DNA of 64,000 nucleotides, taken from positions 39,627-103,626 of the forward strand of contig CACAYF010000001.1 in the NCBI GenBank assembly GCA_902536655.1, in the 5' to 3' direction. This stretch comes from an uncultured Alphaproteobacteria bacterium. GTDB taxonomy: Bacteria > Pseudomonadota > Alphaproteobacteria > Methylaequorales > Methylaequoraceae. Under the pieces are notes generated by a model. The model did not search any database and was not told the origin of the DNA. It worked only from the letters and a program-made list of their open reading frames with translations. The translations under genes and the position numbers were made by a program. Of this stretch, positions 56,674-64,000 are shown piece by piece (positions within the stretch are counted from its first letter, which is position 1; each line of letters starts with the position of its first letter).

Positions 56674-57993
56674 TCAGTTAATCTTCTTCAAGCTTGTTAT
56701 GCTATCTTCAAAACTTGATTTCATTTTAAAATGCTGTTTTATATGACTGCAAATTTTATTCCAATTATTTAATGCACTATCAATTTCAGGGTTTTGCCCT
56801 TGGGTATATCCCCCCATAAGAATGAGATCTTTGTTTTCTTGGTATATGGAGTATAATTTTTTTACTAATTCAGACTGATTTTGATGTTCTTCGGTAACAA
56901 TAGAATTCATTACTCTACTTAATGATTGATTTAAATCAATTGCAGGAAAAATTCCAAGTTGTGCAAGCTCTCTAGATAATACAATATGTCCATCTAATAT
57001 TGCTCTGGCAGTGTCTACTACAGGATCGTTCGTATCATCAGAATCTGCCAGTATTGTATAGAAACTTGTTATAGTTCCTTCATTTTTTGAACCGGCTCCA
57101 GTTCTTTCGATTAGATTTGGAATCATTGAAATTACAGATGTTGGGTATCCTTTTGAAGTAGGTTGTTCACCGAGTGCCAACCCTACCTCTCGTTTCGCAT
57201 GAGCTATTCTGGTAAGAGAGTCCATAATAAGCAAAACGTTTTTTCCTTTAGACCTAAAATGTTCTGCAATTGAAGTTGCTCTTTCTGCTCCTTTAATTCT
57301 TAATAATGGCGATTTGTCAGCTGGCACGGCTACGGTGACAGTTCTTTTTCTTGATTCGTCATTTAATATTTCTGATACAAAATTGCCTAACTCTCTTCCT
57401 CTTTCTCCGATCAGTGCTACAACAACAACATCAGCGTCAGTAAACTTAGTCATCATTCCGAGTAAAATAGATTTTCCAACTCCAGAACCTGCAATAATTC
57501 CAAGCCTTTGACCTCTTCCCACAGTAAAAAGTGAATTGATCGCTCTAATACCAACATCTAGCACTTCATTTATTGGTTTTTTTGACATTGGGTTATTAGG
57601 TTTTCCATTAATTGGCCATGTTTCTGCAGAGTCATTTATTTTTGCGCCTCCATCTATTGGATTCCCAAAAGCATCTAAAACCCTTCCAAGTAAATGAGAA
57701 CCCACAATTACGTCATTTGATGAATTTAAGACTCTTATTTCAGATCCTAAAATTATGTTTGCATTATTTTCATGAACGGCAATAATATTTTTATTTTCTT
57801 TGAAACCAATGATTTCTCCCGTGACTATAGATTTGTCATTACATTCTATTTCACATGTTGTACCGATGGGTGAGGGAAATGCTTCACATTCGACAACTTT
57901 ACCGTCATATTTTGATGTTTTACTCTTATAGATCCTGTTTTGAGATATAGTATGTGAATCTAAAGTCTGAAGTATTTTTTTTGCTATAACCAT
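56674..57993 (-). CDS. fliI: Flagellum-specific ATP synthase FliI
   Basis: Walker A GQRLGIIAGSGVGKS; F1/T3SS ATPase family. Confidence 0.85.
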   Translation of the reverse strand: MVIAKKILQTLDSHTISQNRIYKSKTSKYDGKVVECEAFPSPIGTTCEIECNDKSIVTGEIIGFKENKNIIAVHENNANIILGSEIRVLNSSNDVIVGSHLLGRVLDAFGNPIDGGAKINDSAETWPINGKPNNPMSKKPINEVLDVGIRAINSLFTVGRGQRLGIIAGSGVGKSILLGMMTKFTDADVVVVALIGERGRELGNFVSEILNDESRKRTVTVAVPADKSPLLRIKGAERATSIAEHFRSKGKNVLLIMDSLTRIAHAKREVGLALGEQPTSKGYPTSVISMIPNLIERTGAGSKNEGTITSFYTILADSDDTNDPVVDTARAILDGHIVLSRELAQLGIFPAIDLNQSLSRVMNSIVTEEHQNQSELVKKLYSIYQENKDLILMGGYTQGQNPEIDSALNNWNKICSHIKQHFKMKSSFEDSITSLKKIN

Positions 57994-58017
57994 TTATGTT
58001 TAATTCTAAATAAAAGT

Positions 58018-58884
58018 TTATTTTTGAGAATTTAATTTGGTATCTTCAAGATCTTTCTCAATTTCATCAGGTATTGAAAATTTAATTTTTTTAGAAACAA
58101 TGTCACTCATCTCTATTGATCCTGATTTTATTCTCATATCGCCTCGTTCAAGTTTTGCGTCTTGATTGATTTCAAATGACAAACTTAAATTATTTTTGCT
58201 GTTGTAAGCTTTTATAGATTCAAAATCTTTTGGATTTAAAAAAACTACAATATTTTCAATTGAGTTTTCAACTGAATTAACAACTTGCTTAATTTTTTCT
58301 TGAAATAATTTATTGTTATTATCTATCTCGTAACCTAAAACTTCTTTTGATAAATTTGAAAGTAAATTCGTTATTGATTTGTTTAATTCATTAACAAATT
58401 CTGGCGTCATTTTAAAAATATTATCAGTTGTATTTTTAAGTGTCACAGCAAGCGATTTTTCTCCTTTTTGAAGCTCTTCTGTAGTTTTTTTTACTCCAAG
58501 TTTATAACCATTGTTGTAATATTGTTTTGCTAAGTCATTGGCTAATTTTTGTGCTTCTACTTCTGTATATATTTTTTCATTTTCTGGTTTTTTTTCATCG
58601 ATAACATCACTTGTTTGTTGCTTTTCGTTACTTTCAGAAACTTCATTTAAATCTTTTGTTACTTCTTCTTTTTTTTCAGATGTTATTTCTTGATTTTTTT
58701 GTGCAAGGGATAATGGAGTAATTTTTTTAAACAAATTAGTAATGTTAGAAGTGATATCTGACTCTTTTACGAAGTCTTTATTACTTTTATTTAATAAACT
58801 AACAATTTCTTCAGTGCTAAGTGCTCCAGAAATTTTTTCATCACTTTTTTGCTGAGTTTCAGTTTTGTCTGTGAGTGGCATCAT
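58018..58884 (-). CDS. fliH: Flagellar assembly protein FliH
   Basis: Position between fliG and fliI; E/K-rich N-terminus plus FliH-like C-terminus. Confidence 0.55.
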   Translation of the reverse strand: MMPLTDKTETQQKSDEKISGALSTEEIVSLLNKSNKDFVKESDITSNITNLFKKITPLSLAQKNQEITSEKKEEVTKDLNEVSESNEKQQTSDVIDEKKPENEKIYTEVEAQKLANDLAKQYYNNGYKLGVKKTTEELQKGEKSLAVTLKNTTDNIFKMTPEFVNELNKSITNLLSNLSKEVLGYEIDNNNKLFQEKIKQVVNSVENSIENIVVFLNPKDFESIKAYNSKNNLSLSFEINQDAKLERGDMRIKSGSIEMSDIVSKKIKFSIPDEIEKDLEDTKLNSQK

Positions 58885-59930
58885 ACGAAGTCATCTCCAC
58901 CTCTTCCAGCAAGCACAATTGTTCCTTCGTCTGACATAGTTCTTGCTACATTTATGATAGCCTTCTGAGCCTCTTGAACTTCTGTAAGTCTCAGTGGGCC
59001 AAGTACTTCCATTTCATCTCTGATGTTTGCCGAAGCTCTTTGAGACATGCACGAGAAAATCTTATCTTTTAATTCGTCTTCTGTTCCTTTAAGCGCAATT
59101 ATAAGAATTTCTTGATCAACATTTCTTAATAAAGTTTGCATGCTTCTATCATCCATTAAAATTAACGTGTCAAAGGTAAACATACTTTCCTGAATTTCTT
59201 TAGCTAAATTTCTATCTTTTTCACCTAATGTTTTCATGATTCTTTGTTCCATATTTTGCTTTGTAAAATTCATTATTGATGCAGCATCTTTTATTCCACC
59301 GACTGAGGAGGCTCGCAATGAAGTGTTTGTTTTAAATTTAAGTTGCATAACCCTTTCTAATTCCGCCAAAGCGTCTGGTTGAACTGTTTCTAGAGTTGCA
59401 ATGCGATGAATAATATCAGATTGAGTTTCTTCGGGTAGCAAAGTTAAAACATCTGCTGCAACACCGGGCTCTAAATACGAAATTATCAATGCCATTATTT
59501 GAGGATGTTCATCAGAAATTAATTCTGCAACTGATCTGGCATCCATCCAATCTAAAATTTCTATTGGTTTGTCACTTTCAGTAGGGGTAATTCTTCCAAG
59601 AACAGACTGAGCTTTATTTTCGCCTAAGGCTTTTGTCATTACATTTCTTATGTAGTTTGTAGAACCCATTCCCAAGTCAGTTTGTGTTTTTATGATGGCT
59701 AAAAATTCGTCTAAAACTCTATTTACAGTTTCTTGATCTAAACCTTGAACATTGTACATCTCTTTACCGAGTTGCTGCACTTCTTTTGGACCCAAATTTT
59801 TTAAAATTTCTGAAGCCTCTTCCTCGCCTAAAAGCATCATCAAAATAGCACATTTTTGAGTGCTTGTTAATTGTTCATATTGCGACTTTTCTTCTTCTTC
59901 TTTATTTTCTTCCTTAGCTTTTTCAGCCAT
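58881..59930 (-). CDS. fliG: Flagellar motor switch protein FliG
   Basis: FliG N, M and C domains; CAILMMLLGEEEASEILKNL; C-terminal torque helix. Confidence 0.85.
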   Translation of the reverse strand: MAEKAKEENKEEEEKSQYEQLTSTQKCAILMMLLGEEEASEILKNLGPKEVQQLGKEMYNVQGLDQETVNRVLDEFLAIIKTQTDLGMGSTNYIRNVMTKALGENKAQSVLGRITPTESDKPIEILDWMDARSVAELISDEHPQIMALIISYLEPGVAADVLTLLPEETQSDIIHRIATLETVQPDALAELERVMQLKFKTNTSLRASSVGGIKDAASIMNFTKQNMEQRIMKTLGEKDRNLAKEIQESMFTFDTLILMDDRSMQTLLRNVDQEILIIALKGTEDELKDKIFSCMSQRASANIRDEMEVLGPLRLTEVQEAQKAIINVARTMSDEGTIVLAGRGGDDFV

Positions 59931-59954
59931 TTGAGTACTCCTTATTAATTTATA

Positions 59955-61679
59955 TTATATATCTTTTTTCATAAGTTGTCTGAATACATTTGAAACTTTT
60001 CCAGCTTCATCTCCCACTATCATCCTGATAACAGCAACTTTATCGTCGTAAGTATTGGCCGTATCGAGCATATCTGCTGAAATAGTTGATTTTTTTGGTT
60101 TAAGTTTAGCTTTTATGTCTTCGAGAGATTCGCCTTCTTGAACTTGAACTTCATCTTCTGCTTCTTCTGCCTCAAGATCAGCCTCAGAAGTACCACCTGG
60201 ACCTGCAGCTGTTCCAGCTGAAGGAACTAAAATTCTATTTAACAATGGCTTTAATGCACCGAATGTTACGATTGCAAGAATTAGAACAGTAGATAACTGA
60301 CCAACCATATTTTGAAACCATGATTGTTCATACCATTTAGTTGTAATAACATCCATTTCTTGGATAAAATCTCCGCTGGTTACAACAATTGTGTCTTCTC
60401 TATCCTCATTGAAACCAACCGCTTCTTTAACAAGAGAAGTAATTTTTTCTCTATCTTCTTCACTTATAGGCTCAGAGACGACTGTGCCTTCCGGAGTTTC
60501 AATCATTTTATTTTTAACTAAAACAGCCGTCTTAACTTTTTTAATTTTTCCAATTTGACCAACAGTTGTGCTAAGTTTTTTGCTAACTTCGTAGTTTTTA
60601 ACATTACTGGATGATCTTTGCTTGAATTCTGCTGGTTCCCCAGTTTCAGGAGCTGCAACTTGTAAATCAGCAGCTAAAGGAGCCTGGTTAGCAACTGCAC
60701 CTGGAACTCCTCGTGCAGGTCTGTCTGTAGATTCATCTTGACTGTTTTGCTCACTTCTTGTTGAAATACTCTCAGGATCGAAAATTTCCTCTGTGGTTTG
60801 ATTGCTTGTAAAATCCATTTCAACATTTACTTGGGCTGTTAAATTACCTGCACCAACGATTGGAGAAACTAATGATAAAATTCTTTCTCTGTATATAGAT
60901 TCAATTTTCACTCTGTGTGCTAATTGTTTCTCTGTCATTGCTAAATTGGGATCATCTTCTGGTTTTGACAATAACGAACCATATTGATCTACAACTGTTA
61001 CATTATCGGAAGTCATGTTAGGAATTGATGATGACACTATATGAACAATTGATCTAATTTGCTCTAAACCTAAAGCTCTTCCATCAGCTAGTTTAACAAA
61101 TACAGATGCAGTGGGAGGAGAGGAGTCCCTGACAAAAACAGATTTTTCAGGAATTGCTAGATGTACCCTTGCTCCAATAATGTTAGCTATTTCATTTATC
61201 GATCTGGCAAGCTCTATTTCTTGAGTCTGTTTCATTTTCATAAATTCAACTGACCTACTTGTGCCCATTGGAATTTTTTCAAGTATATCATAACCTTGAG
61301 GAACAGAGCTTGGCAAACCTTCTGCAGCAAGCTTCATTTTTGCTTCATAATATTCTGGAGATGGTACTAAAATTTCACCTGTTGTTCTGTCGATTGAAAC
61401 ATCAATTCCATTAGATCTTAAAACATCAATTACTCTGGATTTCTCATGTTCAGGTAATGTTGCAAATAAGGTTGTTCTTGGGGGTTCTCTGAAAGATATA
61501 AAAAAAACTAAACCAAGAAAAATAACAAATAAAGTTATCATAACTGGGATAGATCTTTGGACAGCAGGTTCATTAGAAAATTTTTTAATTTTTTCTAAAG
61601 AATTGCTAATATTTGATAGCATTCCTTGATTTGACGCTAAATTTTTTGTTACTTCAGTAGTTTGAATTTCTTCAGCCAT
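59955..61679 (-). CDS. fliF: Flagellar MS-ring protein FliF
   Basis: YscJ/FliF N-terminal domain LFATLPEHEKSRVIDVLRSNGIDV; C-terminal TM; 574 aa. Confidence 0.85.
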   Translation of the reverse strand: MAEEIQTTEVTKNLASNQGMLSNISNSLEKIKKFSNEPAVQRSIPVMITLFVIFLGLVFFISFREPPRTTLFATLPEHEKSRVIDVLRSNGIDVSIDRTTGEILVPSPEYYEAKMKLAAEGLPSSVPQGYDILEKIPMGTSRSVEFMKMKQTQEIELARSINEIANIIGARVHLAIPEKSVFVRDSSPPTASVFVKLADGRALGLEQIRSIVHIVSSSIPNMTSDNVTVVDQYGSLLSKPEDDPNLAMTEKQLAHRVKIESIYRERILSLVSPIVGAGNLTAQVNVEMDFTSNQTTEEIFDPESISTRSEQNSQDESTDRPARGVPGAVANQAPLAADLQVAAPETGEPAEFKQRSSSNVKNYEVSKKLSTTVGQIGKIKKVKTAVLVKNKMIETPEGTVVSEPISEEDREKITSLVKEAVGFNEDREDTIVVTSGDFIQEMDVITTKWYEQSWFQNMVGQLSTVLILAIVTFGALKPLLNRILVPSAGTAAGPGGTSEADLEAEEAEDEVQVQEGESLEDIKAKLKPKKSTISADMLDTANTYDDKVAVIRMIVGDEAGKVSNVFRQLMKKDI

Positions 61680-61696
61680 AATTATTTCCTTTTAAT

Positions 61697-62035
61697 TTAA
61701 ACAGGCATGTTCATAATGTCTTTATATGCGCTCAAGACTTTATTTCTTACGTTTAAAGTCATTTGAAAACCTAAACTAGACAATTGTTGTTGAATCATAA
61801 CTTTAGTCAAATCGTTCTCTATACCAAGCTCAAAGTTTTTCGTCAATTCAGCGCTTTGTTTCTGGGTATCAGAAACCTCTTGAATCGCTGACTTAATATT
61901 ATCCAAAAAACCACCATCTTGTGGTTCCATTATTTTTGGAGACAGATTTGCAACCTCTTCTTGAACTTTCTTTATTTCATTTTGGTTGTTTGGTGTGGTA
62001 ACTGTTGGTTTTAAATTAGTAAGATTTGGTTTCAT
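61697..62035 (-). CDS. fliE: Flagellar hook-basal body protein FliE
   Basis: C-terminal VRNKVLSAYKDIMNMPV FliE signature. Confidence 0.8.
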   Translation of the reverse strand: MKPNLTNLKPTVTTPNNQNEIKKVQEEVANLSPKIMEPQDGGFLDNIKSAIQEVSDTQKQSAELTKNFELGIENDLTKVMIQQQLSSLGFQMTLNVRNKVLSAYKDIMNMPV

Positions 62036-62051
62036 GATTTCTCCTTCAAAA

Positions 62052-63209
62052 TTAAGCTTGCATCAATTTTTTTTCTGATAAATTTTCTTGAATATTATTA
62101 TAAAAATTACTTTGTTTTGATACATCTATCATTATATCTTTAGCCTCAATAATATTTTTTTCACAAAGAACTATGGCTCGCTGTAGGACATTTTCTAACT
62201 CTCTAACATTTCCAGGCCAACCATACTCTTTTAATATTTTTTGAGCATCTTTATTGATGTAAGGCAAGGAGCTATTTTCTGTGTGTCTATTCAACAGAGC
62301 AATACTTATTGGTAAAATATCATCAGGTCTTTCAGATAAATTATGTGTTTCTATTGGGAATACATTTAGTCTGTAATATAAATCCTCTCTGAATTTTTTT
62401 TCTCTTACTTCGTCTAACATATCTCTGTTCGTAGTTGCAATTACTCTTACATTGACATCAATATCCCTTTGTCCGCCAATCGGTGTAACTTTTTTTTCTT
62501 GGAGAACTCTCAGAAGTTTGGCTTGGAGGGACAACGGCATTTCAGATACTTCATCAAGGAGTAATGTGCCATTATCCGCAGCTCGAAAAATTCCTTTATT
62601 GGCAGAAGAAGCTCCTGTAAAAGCTCCTTTTTCATGTCCAAATAACATTGCTTCAAGCATATTTTCTGGTATTGCAGCACAATTTATCGCAATAAAAGGT
62701 TTTTCATGTCTATCCGACTTTTTATGAATTAGGTTGGAAATAACTTCTTTTCCAGTTCCGGTCGGTCCATGAATGAATACTGTAACATCAGTTTTTGAAA
62801 CTTTTTCAACCATGTTAATTAAAGAAAGTGTTTTCTTATCAGAGAAACTGTACTTTTCCTTAGATATAATTTGGAAAATGATTTCTTTTATAACTTCATC
62901 CATAATTTTGTAAGAAATTTGAATATAAGCTCCGCCCATTTCTTTTTTTAAATCATAATTACCATCACTTGTTGAATCCAAAACTATTAATTTTGTGGAA
63001 CCTATATTTCTAGCTATTTTAAGGATATTTGATTGACCACCTTGTTTGTTTTCGAATTTTTTATCAATAATCAGTGTGGATTGAGAGCTCTTAATTTCAC
63101 TTATTTCATCGGAAACAATTAACTTTATTTCCTTTCTTTTTTTACTAAAAAAATCACTTACTTCATTGTATACTTCAAAACAATCTTTAATAATAAATAT
63201 TTCCTTCAT
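62052..63209 (-). CDS. Sigma-54-dependent activator (AAA+ with GAFTGA), degenerate receiver-like N-terminus, no C-terminal HTH (FleT/FlbD/FlgR-like)
   Basis: Walker [30 protein letters not shown] and GNVRELEN, then ends ~45 aa later. The tracked TTG start at 63236 is probably superseded by the ATG at 63209 (MKEIFIIKD), preceded by AAGGA. Confidence 0.7.
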   Translation of the reverse strand: MKEIFIIKDCFEVYNEVSDFFSKKRKEIKLIVSDEISEIKSSQSTLIIDKKFENKQGGQSNILKIARNIGSTKLIVLDSTSDGNYDLKKEMGGAYIQISYKIMDEVIKEIIFQIISKEKYSFSDKKTLSLINMVEKVSKTDVTVFIHGPTGTGKEVISNLIHKKSDRHEKPFIAINCAAIPENMLEAMLFGHEKGAFTGASSANKGIFRAADNGTLLLDEVSEMPLSLQAKLLRVLQEKKVTPIGGQRDIDVNVRVIATTNRDMLDEVREKKFREDLYYRLNVFPIETHNLSERPDDILPISIALLNRHTENSSLPYINKDAQKILKEYGWPGNVRELENVLQRAIVLCEKNIIEAKDIMIDVSKQSNFYNNIQENLSEKKLMQA

Positions 63210-63243
63210 ATTTAAATCCTTTATTTTCGTTTTCAATCTAAAA

Positions 63244-63259
63244 GCAAAAATATTGCCAA
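63244..63259 (-). promoter_or_regulatory. Candidate sigma-54 promoter for the activator-fliEFGHIJ... operon
   Basis: Minus strand reads TGGCAAT-ATTT-TTGC. The predicted TSS (~63233) sits just upstream of the ATG at 63209, supporting that start. Confidence 0.45.
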
Positions 63260-63318
63260 ATATGAAAATGAATTTTTACTTAATAGATTTTAGATAGTAA
63301 TATCAACCACTTAGAATC

Positions 63319-63341
63319 TTTTTTTTTTTTTTATTTTTTTT
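63319..63341. repeat. Poly-T tract (T14-A-T8) in the divergent regulatory region between the two sigma-54 activator genes
   Basis: Seen directly: ctttttttttttttt a tttttttt. Confidence 0.6.
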
Positions 63342-63400
63342 AAAATTTGCTTATTGTCAGTTTTCTGACATTATTTTATTTATAAATAAGTTAATTTATT

Positions 63401-64000
63401 ATGTCAGACATAATCAAAGGAAAATGCGAGGCAACTCAACAATTAAAAAAACTTGTAGAGATGGTTGCAAAATCAAACTCAACAGTTTTACTTAGAGGTG
63501 AGACTGGGTGTGGAAAAGATGTAGTTGCCAGAGCTATTCATAAATCATCTAAAAGAAATGGTGAATTAATTAATGTTAATTGTGCAGCGATTCCGTCCGA
63601 GCTTTTAGAATCTGAATTGTTTGGTCACGAAAAAGGAGCATTTACTGGTGCAGATTCAAAAAGAGAAGGAAGATTCGAGGCTTCCAATAATGGTACCTTG
63701 TTTCTAGATGAAATAGGTGACATGCCTATGGCACTTCAGGCTAAATTACTCAGAGCGATTGAAACTAGGAAAATTCAACGAGTTGGAGGAAGAAAAGAGA
63801 TTGACCTTAATTTGAGGCTTATTTGTGCAACTCACCAAGACATTGAAAAAAAAATTGATGAGGGTAACTTTAGAGCCGATCTATTTTTTCGAATTAATGT
63901 ATTTCCAATTGAAATTCCATCACTTGCAGAGAGAAAGGAGGATATTCCAATTCTTGTTAATCATATCTTAGAGGATTTGAAATGCAGTGGATCTATTATT
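63401..64000 (+). CDS. Sigma-54-dependent activator, 3'-partial; starts directly with the AAA+ domain (PspF/HrpR-like, no N-terminal regulatory domain)
   Basis: In-frame stop 9 nt upstream of the [14 protein letters not shown] Walker [25 protein letters not shown] Walker B. Confidence 0.7.
   Translation, partial: MSDIIKGKCEATQQLKKLVEMVAKSNSTVLLRGETGCGKDVVARAIHKSSKRNGELINVNCAAIPSELLESELFGHEKGAFTGADSKREGRFEASNNGTLFLDEIGDMPMALQAKLLRAIETRKIQRVGGRKEIDLNLRLICATHQDIEKKIDEGNFRADLFFRINVFPIEIPSLAERKEDIPILVNHILEDLKCSGSII

Noticed and set aside
1-64000. A search for tRNA, rRNA, CRISPR repeats, transposase or integrase genes, or prophage structural genes that might mark a mobile island.
   Set aside because: No GC-rich cloverleaf-like stems in any intergenic region, no regularly spaced direct repeats, and no ORF with DDE-transposase, tyrosine-recombinase, terminase or capsid motifs. 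The island-like character of 1-19 kb rests on gene content only.

Overview
This is a very AT-rich window, roughly 28-30% GC by eye. The proteins are rich in Lys, Asn and Ile, genes are packed tightly with many 4-nt ATGA/GTGA start-stop overlaps, and coding poly-A runs are frequent. It looks like a streamlined marine proteobacterial chromosome with SAR11-like architecture, but I cannot assign the taxon. I found no rRNA, tRNA, CRISPR, transposase or integrase signal. The window splits into three zones.

(1) ~1-27 kb is a surface-glycan / LPS-type accessory island. It opens with a 5'-truncated three-gene operon ordered exactly like the Campylobacter Cj1418-Cj1417-Cj1416 phospho-glutamine / phosphoramidate (MeOPN) precursor enzymes, followed by an alkaline-phosphatase-superfamily transferase. 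Glycosyltransferases, two asparagine-synthase-type amidotransferases and a decayed asnB C-terminal pseudogene follow. Next comes a Wbp-like UDP-2,3-diacetamido-sugar module (a fused WbpB-WbpD, WbpI, WbpE). After that sit acpS, an egtB-egtD-egtE ergothioneine operon, and lipid-A remodelling genes (PAP2 phosphatase, LpxL).

(2) ~27-35 kb is housekeeping-like: an ABC ATPase, ampG, a GST, fpr, a divergent ppc and a voltage-gated K+ channel.

(3) ~35-64 kb is a cell-envelope and motility region. It starts with an NHLP-like domain protein plus a Sel1 protein. Three tandem bactofilins sit divergent from a tail-anchored protein, an M23 peptidase and an SLT transglycosylase; both divergent units carry sigma-54-like promoters. 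Then come rpoN, SPOR and DUF1566 proteins, and motA-motB plus an extra gene. A Vibrio/Pseudomonas-ordered fliE-F-G-H-I-J-K-L-M-N-O-P-Q-R-flhB cluster is headed by a sigma-54 activator lacking a DNA-binding domain (FleT-like), and five unknown co-directional genes follow flhB. A divergent regulatory-domain-less (PspF-like) sigma-54 activator runs off the window end.

The most likely novel content is the phosphoramidate-like glycan modification module, the bactofilin/M23/SLT cell-shape module apparently wired to sigma-54, and the uncharacterised genes co-transcribed with motAB and flhB.
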